Of a stretch of DNA of 64,000 nt, positions 50,181 to 61,600 are shown piece after piece. The number at the start of each line of letters is the position of its first letter. Positions within the stretch are counted from its first letter, which is position 1. Source of the DNA: Verrucomicrobiota bacterium. Lineage in GTDB: Bacteria > Verrucomicrobiota > Verrucomicrobiia > Limisphaerales > Palsa-1400. A program made the position numbers and the translations under genes. The stretch spans positions 69,288 through 133,287 of the forward strand of contig JBEKYR010000013.1 in the NCBI GenBank assembly GCA_049510745.1. The letters are read 5' to 3'. The notes beneath the pieces are model-generated. The model was not told the DNA's origin, searched no databases, and saw only the letters and a program-made list of their open reading frames with translations.

Positions 50181-53100
50181 CTACAACACTTTCTCCTCAG
50201 ATTGCATATGCCGAACGTCATATTGGGAACGCCCACTCGCAGGCGTCGTGTTCGTCCGTGGTGAAAGACGTAATCCGATTGTAACAGTCGTCCCCTTTCC
50301 CACTGAGGACTCGAAACTATATCGCCCGCCGAGTTTGGATAGTCGAAGCGGGAGGTTCTTTAAGCCGTTGCCTCCCTGCTTTTTTTGGGCATCGAAGCCT
50401 TTTCCATTGTCTGCTATGATCATTTGAAGCTGATCTTCGGCGAATGCCATTCGAAACTCCACCTCGGTAGCCTGAGCATGGCGTACGACATTGTTCAATG
50501 TCTCTTTGACAGCCAATAGCAAATCATGCCGCACCTGGCCATCCAATACAATCGACGGCAATGCGACGGGGATATCGAACCGACATACAATTCCGGAATC
50601 AGACAAATAGTCGCTGGCGAAGTCGCTCAAATAATCTGCTGCGGATTCAAGGGAATTATGCTCAGGATCGACCGCCCACACTATGATATCTAGAGCGGTT
50701 ACCAAGCCGCGCGCCTTGGCGGCAATTGCGCGGAACAGGGCTGTCAACTCCTCCAGTCTGCCCAACCGTTGCCCCTTGCTGGCCAGCACTCCAATTTCGG
50801 TAAGGCTGCTGCCAAGGTCGTCGTGCAGATCCCGAGCGATGCGTGAACGCTCAGCTTCCAAGGCCCGCTCTTGTTCCGCAGCTTCGCGTTCGCGGATTTC
50901 CCGTTGGAGCTGCTGTGTGCGCTGCTCCACTAATCGTCGCAACTGTGAAATCCAAACCGCTGCGAGAGTAAGAACAACGAGCAGCCACCAAACCATGACG
51001 AGCAAACGCTTGGGCGTCCACCAAGAAGGCTGTGAGAGCACGATCAATTGTGAGGGAGAGCTCAAAAGCAACTCGAAACCGCTCGGCTTATTGCCCTCCG
51101 ACCCGGTTGTTGCTTTACCGACGTAAACACCGGTAAGCGCCAGCTTGCTTCCGACTCGCAGAGAATCGGATTCCTTCGTGGCCGGCATGCGAGCGAGAAA
51201 CAGGCGCCCTTGGGCGTTCATTTCCAGAACGTGCGAATCCTCTTCGGAATGGACTCCCATTAGCGTCGCTGAAATTCGTACCAACGTCGAATCAACATTT
51301 TCCTGCATCAATTCGTTTCCGTCCAATATGCGTGGCAGGGGATCCGTTGTCTGGCCGGTTTTACGAAGGATGGCCTCCCGCAGGAGAGGTGCGGGACCAC
51401 TAATGTCGGGATAACCAACGACCTCAACCTCTTCGCCAAACCGCACGTGGGTTGTTTCGACGGGCGAAACACGAATTCCGCGTCCTTTATCCATCATGAA
51501 AACTCGTCTTGAATCAGCATAAATCGCAGTTCCGCGGACTTTCACGCGCTGGAATGGCGTGGCGCGGGAGTCGAACTGATAAAGTTCGCTCCAGCTCTTC
51601 AGAGCAACCTCAAACGGATCGCGCGGCGCAGGGGCATCAACCCCTAAAATCACGTTGCGCATCAACAGATGACCAACCTGAACCGTGCGGTTGGTGTTCC
51701 ATACCGCGAAAAGCACACCACGAATACGGATAACCGCTTTCTCGAAAGACCGCAATTGCGACTCAGAACAAGCCTCAGCTTCAATATGGAGCATTCCCTC
51801 AGGCAGAAGAAGAGCCAGGCTGTTGCTCTCCACAGCCGTAACCAGCCCTTGAATTTCAACCCATTGGACATCCATGCTGCCGTTGATTAACTCCTTCCAT
51901 GTGGGACGCGCAGGCGAAGGCATTTGTCCCTTCCCCAAGACAATGACATGTTCGGCAACGACAATCGGAGCGAAATCGCCCGCGGAGGTGGAACCGGCCA
52001 CATCGCAAAGCTGGCCCACAGCGGCAGTCGAATCACCGGACGATGGCAGCTGAACAAAAATGCCACGAGTTTCGTCCTGAACGGACATGTACGGGAATAT
52101 AGAAGGTCCCAGGCTTGTCACAACACCGTGAATCCTGACAGGCAAATGGCGGGCTGCTTCTTCCTCAGACAGGCTCTGAATCTGCCCAACAGCGACAAGC
52201 GTTGGAGCGGAGCCGGAAGCGGCCATCGCTCCTGCCGAATCCTCCAAAATCCCTATGTCATTAGATGTGGCAACTGATAATTCTCCGAGCACCTTATCTC
52301 GGCTCGGAGTCATTACAGCCCGGCCGACTCCGGTAACACGAATTCGAGAATTCAAAAGATGCGTAGGATCCAATTCTCTGCCGTCCGCCACCATGACCCA
52401 AATGGAATCTGGCAGGGATCGAAGCTCGAACCGCAATCCCTTTCCGAATCTGGAAACAAAAACCACCCGGCCTTCGACGGTCATCCACTTGGACGGCTCG
52501 GAACCAGTCATAGGCGCATGCAACGAGGAGACGATTGCGGACGGAACATCTTCATGGCCTATTGTTGTCAATGGAAGTTCGGGCGCCTCCAGAAAGAGCA
52601 AGCTTCCGTCGTCAGATTCCAGGTTAAACGTATATTTTCCATCCATTGGAGCTGAGAAGAACCCTTTGAAACGAATCCCGAACAGCTCTTCCTGTGGCCT
52701 TAAGGTCAGACCAAGGTTGGTGGTTGTCACCGTTTTGACTGGTTGAAAAAGCGCAAAGTCCGGCACGTTTAACCAACCACCCTCGTAGCAAGCCGCATTC
52801 ACCCCGGCAGCCGGGTTGGATTCGAGCGCAACACGGCCGTCGGGTCTCACCAAAAACTGATCTGCCTTCCGAACCGTGCCATCGGGCAATCGACAGGTCA
52901 ATTCCAAGCCATATGTGCCGAGAAGTTGAAAGTAATCCAATTGAAAAGCGTGGAGGCCGGCCGTGAGGCTCACCTCCGCAGTGACCCTCCGGAGTGCGTG
53001 TATGCCGTCGTTGTCAATGTCCGGCGCCCTGGTGATCTCGACTCCTATTTCCCGCCGTCGAAAAAGGCAGTGCTGGCCTTCGATGTGGACGACGTCACCG

Positions 53101-53423
53101 GGAGCGATTGGAACGTTGCGAGGTCCCAACTCAATAACCTCGCTTCCCGTTTTGTCCATTGCCGCAACCACACCGATCTCCGCTCGGCTTGTAGAACAAA
53201 CAAGGACATCCAAACGGAGATCTGCAATTATTCGCGAGGAGGAGTCGAGCAGTTTGGATAACTGCTGGAGATTCGTAACCAACAGCGAGACGCCGGAAGG
53301 GCGCTCTGACGGTGTGCCCGGCTGCGCCCGGACGCCGAGAACAAATACGGATGTGGAGACGAATCCGACCGCCGCGAAAAGACGGAGTCTAGCGGTGCAA
53401 AGGGATGAATTTGCGCGGCGCAT
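50181..53423 (-). CDS. Membrane sensor histidine kinase (HisKA_3) with repetitive ectodomain and PA14-like insert
   Basis: ERSRIARDLHDDLG, DNGKGF, GNGL; TM after PSWWT; SDDGS and DNDG.H PA14 motifs. Start uncertain. Confidence 0.9.
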   Translation of the reverse strand: MRRANSSLCTARLRLFAAVGFVSTSVFVLGVRAQPGTPSERPSGVSLLVTNLQQLSKLLDSSSRIIADLRLDVLVCSTSRAEIGVVAAMDKTGSEVIELGPRNVPIAPGDVVHIEGQHCLFRRREIGVEITRAPDIDNDGIHALRRVTAEVSLTAGLHAFQLDYFQLLGTYGLELTCRLPDGTVRKADQFLVRPDGRVALESNPAAGVNAACYEGGWLNVPDFALFQPVKTVTTTNLGLTLRPQEELFGIRFKGFFSAPMDGKYTFNLESDDGSLLFLEAPELPLTTIGHEDVPSAIVSSLHAPMTGSEPSKWMTVEGRVVFVSRFGKGLRFELRSLPDSIWVMVADGRELDPTHLLNSRIRVTGVGRAVMTPSRDKVLGELSVATSNDIGILEDSAGAMAASGSAPTLVAVGQIQSLSEEEAARHLPVRIHGVVTSLGPSIFPYMSVQDETRGIFVQLPSSGDSTAAVGQLCDVAGSTSAGDFAPIVVAEHVIVLGKGQMPSPARPTWKELINGSMDVQWVEIQGLVTAVESNSLALLLPEGMLHIEAEACSESQLRSFEKAVIRIRGVLFAVWNTNRTVQVGHLLMRNVILGVDAPAPRDPFEVALKSWSELYQFDSRATPFQRVKVRGTAIYADSRRVFMMDKGRGIRVSPVETTHVRFGEEVEVVGYPDISGPAPLLREAILRKTGQTTDPLPRILDGNELMQENVDSTLVRISATLMGVHSEEDSHVLEMNAQGRLFLARMPATKESDSLRVGSKLALTGVYVGKATTGSEGNKPSGFELLLSSPSQLIVLSQPSWWTPKRLLVMVWWLLVVLTLAAVWISQLRRLVEQRTQQLQREIREREAAEQERALEAERSRIARDLHDDLGSSLTEIGVLASKGQRLGRLEELTALFRAIAAKARGLVTALDIIVWAVDPEHNSLESAADYLSDFASDYLSDSGIVCRFDIPVALPSIVLDGQVRHDLLLAVKETLNNVVRHAQATEVEFRMAFAEDQLQMIIADNGKGFDAQKKQGGNGLKNLPLRLSKLGGRYSFESSVGKGTTVTIGLRLSPRTNTTPASGRSQYDVRHMQSEEKVL

Positions 53424-53639
53424 AAGTCGTGAGTTTAGCAGGAAAAAGGCGGTCGGCAACGTTTAAATTCCGCCCCTACGCAGGAGACGTAACCGTTAGT
53501 TCGAAAAAGACGGCTGATTGTTTTGCTCTTGGCGGGGAATCCGTTCTCCTACGCGGAAGAAATCGAAAACTCGGCGCTCATCATCACGATGAAGTCGGTG
53601 CCGCTGTCCGCCTTGACTCCGACCAGTCCGTATTTTTTC

Positions 53640-53819
53640 TGCAACAGAGCCACTCGAACGTTATTGTCGCCGTTGCCGCCGATGCAGAGATAGGCCCGAG
53701 CGTCGTCGTCGATGAACGCTGCCGGATCGAAGAGCCACATCTTTTCGGCGGGCATGACGCCCGGAGTCCTCAAGTCGATCAATTGCCTGCCCAAGGGATC
53801 AATGAAGGGCCCTGAAGAG
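53640..53819 (-). pseudogene. GH43 internal fragment
   Basis: GPFIDPLG..LI...TPGV...WLFDPAAFIDDD..AYL..GG, flanked by unrelated sequence. Confidence 0.7.
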
Positions 53820-54516
53820 CGGGAAAAGAACGCGCCAACCGGCCTTTCTCGCGTGACCTGTTCGGCAGCAAAATCTTCATAACGCGATACGCTCAGGCAA
53901 ATCAAATCCCTCGTCAATCCGACAGCTCCGCACTTGCTCGCCGTTCAAACCGGCGCGCGCTAAACCTTGGCGAACTTTCTGTAACCGTCTCGCCGAATTA
54001 CCGAGTCGGCGGAATTTCCGCGGCAAATCCAGCCATCAAAAACTCTTCCGGGCCAAATGCCGCCCCCCGGAGGTTTGCCTGCAATAAACTCTGTGCTTTT
54101 CATCGCAGGATGTCTGCGCCGGGCCGAAAAAGAACGTCAGGACTTTACGCAAGCCGATTTCACTACTCGGAGGTTATTGCCAGCCTGCCTGAAGCGGGCA
54201 TCCGAGCACCATATGACAATTGTCATATTCCCTGGAACGTGACTTCACCTCAGAATGATCGAACAGATTCAGCGTTACGAACGGAGGACTTTGACCCACG
54301 CCATATTGATGATATCAATCGCCCTTCTGCTTTCATTCGCGCACCATGCGCCGGCCCTCGGAAAAACGTCTTTTGCGCATACGGGATTCATTCCCGGAAG
54401 TTTCGCGTTGGATGATGAACGAGCAGCGGGCTGTATTGCCCCAGACCGTGCGTCACTGGACGTTGATGACGTTGCGGGCGATTTTATGTTATGTTTCCAC
54501 TAGATTTAGTCGAGGT

Positions 54517-57500
54517 ATGAAGAGGAATCTGCTCGTGTGTGTGTTGCTGGGGTTGCTGTCCGGAAGCGGCCAGGCCGCCGGCGTGGTTTGGACCGGCGGC
54601 TCCCTGGTTGATAACAATTGGAGCGACAGCGCCAACTGGCTGGGGAATGTGGCTCCATCCCTGTCGGGCGAGGAAATCGTCTTCGCCGGCACGACGCGGC
54701 TCACGCCCAACATGGATAAGAATTACAGCGTCACTGAATTGGTTTTCTCCAACACGGCGGGCGGCTTTTCCGTCAGTTCATCAACCGCCGGCACGCTGAC
54801 GGTGGGCAGCGGCGGCATCGTCAACGATTCCGCCAGCGCGCAGACCTTGAGTGTGCCCATTGTTCTGAGCGCGGCCCAAACGTTCGATACGGAGGGCAAC
54901 ATCACCTTCAGCAATGCGATCACGGGAGGTGAAACGCTCTTGAAGGCGGGTGCGGGCACGTTGACGCTTGCCGGTCTGACGAATGTATTCGGCGATTTTC
55001 AGGTGACCAACGGGTTCCTGGAGATTGACGGCGGTGTTTTGGTGAATGACACCTCCGGCGCCTTTAGCAGGATCAGTGGTTGCAATGTGGATATTGCCAG
55101 CAATGCCGTTTTGACCATTGCCAACGCTGGCGGCGGGTGGTTCCCGATTGGCGATACCCCAGGGGTTTCAAACTCCATGACCGTAAACGGCGGCACCTTC
55201 AACGTGATTGACGCTTATGGCTTGCAGATTGCCCGCAACGGCAACGCTGCGCTGACCATCAACAGCGGCAGTGTCCTGGTGAATGACGCCAATGCTCTCG
55301 GCATGTCTATGAGTGAGGGCCAAAGCAGTCCCGCCGGATACTCAACGGTCAACCTGAACGGCGGCCGTCTTGCGGTGGTCAGGCTTCGTCCCTTTGGTGG
55401 CGTGGAAACATTCAATTTCAACGGCGGCACCCTCTCAGCCACCGCCAACAACACCGGCTTCTTCCCGGCCGACGGGGCTTTGACCGCCAATGTGCGCAAC
55501 GGCGGCGCGATAGTGGACACGGCCGGGTTTAATGTCACAATTGGACAACAACTGGTGCATTCCACTCTTGCCGGCGACAACGCCATTGATGGCGGACTGG
55601 TTAAAACCAACAGCGGCGTCCTGACATTGTCCGGTGGTATCACTTATACCGGCCCGACCACGGTGCTGGGCGGGACGTTGAGCATGACAACAGCGTCAGG
55701 CGTCCCAGCTATCGGCGGTGACCTCGCAGTCAGCAATGCGACCTTCACGTTGGATGCTTCCAGCGGAGTGGCAATGCCGGCGGGAAACGTGACACTGAAC
55801 TCCGGCGTGACTTTGAGCCTTACCAATAGCCTTTCCGCTGACGCCATTAAGGGCACGGGCAACCTGTTGGTGGCAACCAATGTCATTTTGAACTTGAACT
55901 ATCCAAGTGGCAACGCGAGCGCGGCGGCGATCAACGTCGCCGGTTCCATCACCGTGAGCGGCGCGAACAATGTGATCAACATCGCTGGTGGCAGTTTTGC
56001 CGCCGGGCAGTTTCCGTTGATTAAATATGGTTCCGGCAGCCTCGCCTCGATCAGCGGCTTTCAGTTGGGACCCCTGCCGCAGGGGGTTCAGGCCGTCCTG
56101 ACCAACAACACTGCCAACCAGTCCGTGGATTTGAACATTACGCTCGTCAGCCACACGGCCACGGTTGATTCGACAAAGACGTATCAGACCATTGAAGGAC
56201 TCGGCGGCGCGACGGCGTTTTACGCGGGCTGGATCACCGCCCATCCTTACAAGCAGGAGATCTACAGCAACGCCTTTGCCGGACTGAACCTCTCGATGCT
56301 GCGGTTGGGCGATTGGTATCGTTATCAGACGCCTTTGGCGGGCTTCGATTCGGCCGCCACGGAGATTGTTTCGAATGCCAACCGTGTTTTGGGACATCCG
56401 GTTCCGGTCTATATGAGTTCGTGGTCGCCGCCGGCGTTTTTAAAGAGCAATGGCCAGGTCGGCAACGGCGGCACCCTGATCTACACCAACGGCAGTTTTG
56501 CCTACACCAATTTTGCACAGTATTGGTATGACTCGATTCAGGCGTATCAGTCCAATGGCGTTAATCTCGCCTGGGCCAGCATCCAGAACGAACCGGATTT
56601 TGTTGCGGGTTACGATTCGTGTATTTTTCATCCGACCGAAGACACGGTGAACGGCACGAACTACGCGAGCTACTCCAAGGCGCTGGATGCGGTGTATCAG
56701 CGCCTGACCAACCTGCCGTCGCCGCCGAAGCTGCTCGCGCCGGAATGCGTCCACATCGCCTTCAACGACCTTAACAGCTACGCCGCGACAATGAACCCGA
56801 ACAGCTTTTATGGCGTGGCGCACCACCTTTACGGGGACGGCGGCTCGACGGGGGATTCATTCCTGGGCAGTCTAAGTTCGGCGACCAATGTTTTCCCCGG
56901 CAAGCCGCATTTCATGACCGAGTATGGTGATGTTTTTGACATGATCGAATGTGCGAATCTGATCCACAACTGCCTGGTCGTCGAACAGGTCAGCGGATAC
57001 AACCACTGGAATCTGGTCTGGCCGGGCACCAACGGCGGGCTGATTCAGATTGAGAATCCGTATGCCTCTCAGTCCACCTGGACCAATGCGCCGCCCGGCA
57101 CGCCCACGCAATCGCATGGTTGGTGGTATTCACCCAGTTACTGGTCAATGAAACATTTTTCGTATTTCATTCAACCCGGCTACAAGCGCGTGAGCGCCAC
57201 GGACAGCGACAGCAACGTCCGGTCTTCGGCCTTCCTTTCGCCCGATGGTCTGCGGCTGGTGGTGGTTTTAATCAACACCAACTCCGCCGTGTCATCTGCG
57301 ATGAATTTCAATTTCGGGATATTTAGCGTCGGCAAAGCCAGCGTCTATCAAACCGCCGATACAAATTATTATTTCCAACCGCTTGGGTCGTTGACGAACG
57401 GACAAGCGCTGCCACCGCGTTCACTGACAACGGTTGTGCTGGACAAATTATTGAACGTCGGTTCGGCCCGTAATCCTTTGCCGTCCGATGGCGCCTCCGG

Positions 57501-58614
57501 TGTGGCCTTGAATTCCCCAATAAGCTGGACGCCCGGCAGCAATGCGTTGACTCACGCGGTTTATCTGGGCGTCAATTCCAACGCCGTCGCACAGGCCACG
57601 ACGGCATCGCCCCAATTCCTGGGGATCATGACAACCAACACTTTTTATCCGGCGCTGGCTGGAGGGACGGCCTATTTCTGGCGCGTGGATGAAATCGCCG
57701 GAGTCAACACGAATATCGGCGCGGTCTGGTCCTTTACCACGGCGCCGACACCGCTTCTGATGCATCGTTACAGCTTCAGCGAGACGAATGGCACCACCGT
57801 GGCCGATTCTGTGGGCGGCCCGGCGTGGACCGGCACGCTGCCCAACGGCGGCACGTTATCGGGCGGCCAGTTGCTCCTGTCGTCCAACTCACAACAATAC
57901 GTCAGTCTGCCGGCGGGGATTGTCGGCACATTGAGCAATTTCACCATCGAAACGTGGGTGAAGCTCACTACGACGGCCAACTGGAATCGCATTCTTGATT
58001 TCGGCAATAACACCACGACCTACATGTTCCTGACGCCGCAGAACGGCAGCACCAGCCGGCTGCGCTTTGCCATCACCACCGGCGGCCCCGGTGGCGAGCA
58101 ACAAATCAACGGCGCCTCCGCTTTGGCTGCGGGTGTGTGGAATCACGTCGTCGTGACGCTCAACGGGAACACGGGGGTTCTTTATTTGAATGGCGGCGCA
58201 GTTGGAACGAACAGCGCGATGAACCTCACTCCCTTGAGTCTGGGCGGCACCAGCAATAATTACCTCGGCAAATCGCAGTGGAATGATCCTTACCTCAACG
58301 GCGCGATGGACGAGTTTCGCATTTACAGCGCCGCGCTTTCTTCGTCCGAAATCGCCGCGACTTATGCCTTGGGACCAGGTCAACTGTTGAGCAGCAACAG
58401 TCCGCAAATGGGTGTGGCGCTGGTGGGAACGAACCTGGCGGTTTCGTGGCCGCTGGCAAACGCGGGCTTCACCGTGCAATCGCGCACCGATCTCGCGCTG
58501 GGCGAGTGGGTGAATGTCACGTCACCCGCGCCGCAAATTGTCGGCAGCAACTGGCAGGCTACAGTGCCTCTGTCAGGCAATGCCGGGTCAGTGTTTTACC
58601 GATTGTCGAAGTGA
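54517..58614 (+). CDS. Secreted protein: autotransporter-associated beta-strand repeats + GH30 (xylanase-like) + LamG + C-terminal domain
   Basis: LLKAGAGTLTL and LVKTNSGVLTLSG repeats; YQTIEGLGG, WSPPAFLK, SIQNEPD, FMTEY, HFSYFIQPG; ends FYRLSK. Start at ATG 54517. Confidence 0.85.
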   Translation: MKRNLLVCVLLGLLSGSGQAAGVVWTGGSLVDNNWSDSANWLGNVAPSLSGEEIVFAGTTRLTPNMDKNYSVTELVFSNTAGGFSVSSSTAGTLTVGSGGIVNDSASAQTLSVPIVLSAAQTFDTEGNITFSNAITGGETLLKAGAGTLTLAGLTNVFGDFQVTNGFLEIDGGVLVNDTSGAFSRISGCNVDIASNAVLTIANAGGGWFPIGDTPGVSNSMTVNGGTFNVIDAYGLQIARNGNAALTINSGSVLVNDANALGMSMSEGQSSPAGYSTVNLNGGRLAVVRLRPFGGVETFNFNGGTLSATANNTGFFPADGALTANVRNGGAIVDTAGFNVTIGQQLVHSTLAGDNAIDGGLVKTNSGVLTLSGGITYTGPTTVLGGTLSMTTASGVPAIGGDLAVSNATFTLDASSGVAMPAGNVTLNSGVTLSLTNSLSADAIKGTGNLLVATNVILNLNYPSGNASAAAINVAGSITVSGANNVINIAGGSFAAGQFPLIKYGSGSLASISGFQLGPLPQGVQAVLTNNTANQSVDLNITLVSHTATVDSTKTYQTIEGLGGATAFYAGWITAHPYKQEIYSNAFAGLNLSMLRLGDWYRYQTPLAGFDSAATEIVSNANRVLGHPVPVYMSSWSPPAFLKSNGQVGNGGTLIYTNGSFAYTNFAQYWYDSIQAYQSNGVNLAWASIQNEPDFVAGYDSCIFHPTEDTVNGTNYASYSKALDAVYQRLTNLPSPPKLLAPECVHIAFNDLNSYAATMNPNSFYGVAHHLYGDGGSTGDSFLGSLSSATNVFPGKPHFMTEYGDVFDMIECANLIHNCLVVEQVSGYNHWNLVWPGTNGGLIQIENPYASQSTWTNAPPGTPTQSHGWWYSPSYWSMKHFSYFIQPGYKRVSATDSDSNVRSSAFLSPDGLRLVVVLINTNSAVSSAMNFNFGIFSVGKASVYQTADTNYYFQPLGSLTNGQALPPRSLTTVVLDKLLNVGSARNPLPSDGASGVALNSPISWTPGSNALTHAVYLGVNSNAVAQATTASPQFLGIMTTNTFYPALAGGTAYFWRVDEIAGVNTNIGAVWSFTTAPTPLLMHRYSFSETNGTTVADSVGGPAWTGTLPNGGTLSGGQLLLSSNSQQYVSLPAGIVGTLSNFTIETWVKLTTTANWNRILDFGNNTTTYMFLTPQNGSTSRLRFAITTGGPGGEQQINGASALAAGVWNHVVVTLNGNTGVLYLNGGAVGTNSAMNLTPLSLGGTSNNYLGKSQWNDPYLNGAMDEFRIYSAALSSSEIAATYALGPGQLLSSNSPQMGVALVGTNLAVSWPLANAGFTVQSRTDLALGEWVNVTSPAPQIVGSNWQATVPLSGNAGSVFYRLSK

Positions 58615-58650
58615 CACAAACGAACTACGGGCTTAATATAAGAAAAAATC

Positions 58651-61600
58651 ATGGAATCAAATGCGACGAAATCCCCAAACCGGAACGCCGAGCTTCAGAC
58701 AGCAGGGCGTCGGTGGAATCTAATGAAACGTTCAGTTCTGGGGGCTGGACTCCTGGCAGCGTTGTGCGTCCTGCCCGCGTCGAGCGCGCTGGCGCAATTT
58801 TCTAACGTCGAACAGTCGCCATGGCAAGGGGGCACATTCCACTACTATGGCATCACCGAAGTCACATCGGGAACTCTCAACAATTCCGGGGCGCTGATCT
58901 ACGACACCTCCACCTTGCCTGCCACCACAGGCCCTCTGACAGGATCGGGTGGCACCCAGGCGGGGGATTACTATATCGGAGTAGGCGTGCTGGTGGATGG
59001 CACCGATGGGACCACCGTCAATAACAATGCAGGTGGAACCATGCAAGCCATCGTCACGGGCTCCGGCGAGGCGTATGCGGCGGGCATTTGGTCGATACAA
59101 CTCGTCAACATCAACAATTCGGGCACGTGCAACGGGCAAGTGCTGAACTACGATGGCGCGGCGTATGGGGTGTATTCGGACTCCTCGGGAGCCAATATCA
59201 CCAACAATGCTGGAGGGACTATGAGCGCAACGGCCCAATGGCTGGCGCAAGGCATTCAGGCGGGTCAAACGGTGAATGTGGTCAATAACGGGACGATTGA
59301 GGCGACCGCCACCGGCGGCAGGCAAGGCACCACTGCCAACCAGACTTCTGTGTCGGGCGTTGGCCTGTTTTCATACTCGACCGACGGTGGGGCTCCGCTC
59401 TACTTGGAGAACAACGGCTCGATCAGCGCCAACGCCCCTTCTGACAGCGATACCAACAACGGCGCCGGATGCAGCGTTTGGGGAGAAGGCAGTTCGGTGA
59501 TGATCGTTAATAATGGCACTGTCTCCTCAATCAACGCCAGCTCCCAAGGGGATATTAACGGGATTTACTTCGGCGCTGATCACGGCGACGTTACCTTCGT
59601 CAACACGGGGACGCTTACCAAAGTCGGCCCCGGAACTTGGGGCGTGGAACTGGAAAATGACAGCTCCGGCGGCAACATGTATTTCTCCAATTCGGGCACG
59701 ATCATAGCCGACCCCGGCTATGCCGTTGGGATAAATAACTACTCCGGCGGCCCCTTCAACGCTTGCTATGTTACCAACACTGGCACGATTACCGGCAACC
59801 CGGATGCCTTGGAGCTGCTCTGGGGCGGCGACACCACGGTCGTCGATTCCGGCGACGTCCGCGGGTGGTTCTGGCTGGGCGGCGGCAACAACACGGTGTA
59901 TATCAATGGCTTGCCGACCATCGACAACACAATAAGCAGCGGCAGCGGCAGCAACACCCTGGTTTTCAACCTCACTGGCACGCTGCAATCCGTCAACGGC
60001 AACGCGGCCAGCGGCACCAATCTCTCCGTTTTCAATCTGGGATCGCTGGGAAGCGGAAGCATTGTGGTTTCCGGAAAAACCTATGGCTGGAGTAACTTCA
60101 CCAACGTGTTCGGCACCATCACCCCCGGCACGACGCCGTTGGCCGGCCCCACAAATTTGACCGCGACAGTGGCATCCATCAGTCAGGCCAACCTGTCATG
60201 GCACGCCGTCACCAACGCGGCCAGCTACAACGTCAAACGTTCAACCATCAGCGACGGTCCCTACACCACCATTGCCAGCGGGGTTGCCACCACCAACTAC
60301 ACCGACACCGCCGCGTTCGCCAGTGTCGAATATTATTACGTGGTCAGCGCCATGGTCGGCGGCAGCGAAACTGCGGACAGCGCCGAAGTGACGCTGCGCC
60401 ACCCCAAGCTCACGGGTGCCATCATCGGCACAGCGGGTTCATGGGGCAACTCAGGCAACACCATCACCAACGTGTTCGACAACAACCTGAACACGTTCTT
60501 CGACGGACCCACCGGGAACGGTTGCTGGGTGGGGCTGTATTTTGGCGCGAGCGTGAGCAACGCCATCACGCAAATCAACTATTGTCCGCGCGCGGGTTCG
60601 GAATCGCGCATGGTGGGCGGCATTTTCCAGGGCGCCAACCAGGCCAACTTCAGCGGCGCGGTCACGCTCTACACCGTGACGACGCAGCCGCCCACGGGCG
60701 TATTCACGACGGTGAGCCTCACCAACACTGCGGCGTTTCGGTATGTCCGTTACCTTTCGCCCAACGGCGGCTATGGCAACGTGGCCGAGTTGCAGTTTTA
60801 TGGCTATTTGGCGGGCGATTCGGTGCCGCTGCCGACGGCGCCAGGCGGTCTGGCCGCGGCGGCCGTTTCCAGCAGCCAGATCAACCTCGCTTGGAACGTG
60901 GTCACCAACGCGGCCAGCTACAATGTCAAACGCTCGACGACCAACGGCGGCCCTTACGTCATCATCGCCACGGGCGTAACCGCGACCAACTACAACGACA
61001 CCGGCCTGGCTGACGCCACCACTTACTTCTATGTGGTCAGCGGAGTGAACGCTGGAGGTGAAGGCGCCAACAGCGTCCAGGTCAGTGCGACCACGCTGTT
61101 GACGTCGCCGACGGGGCTGACGGCTACGGCGGTGTCCGCCAACCAGATTAGCCTCACTTGGAACGCTGTCATCGACGCGACGAGTTACAACGTCAAACGC
61201 TCGACCACCAGCGGCGGTCCCTACACGACCATCGCCACGGGCGCGACGTCAACGAACTATGCCGACACCGATCTGGTTGTTGGCGTCCAATACTACTATG
61301 TCGTGAGCGCCGTCAGCAATGGAATGGAAAGCCTCAACAGCTTGGAGGCGCCGAGCCCCTTGCCTTATCCGTGGTTATCGCAGGACATCGGCGCCGTCGG
61401 GATTGCGGGCAGCGCCACTTACAGCAACGGCATGTTTTCTGTGACTGGAAGCGGGGCGGACATCTGGAATACCTCGGACGCCTTCCGCCTTGTTTATGTG
61501 CCTGTGACCGGAAATTGCACCATCGTTGCCCGCGTCCCCACCTTGCAAAAGGTGGATCCATGGTCCAAAGCCGGTGTCATGATCCGCGCAAGCCTGGCAT

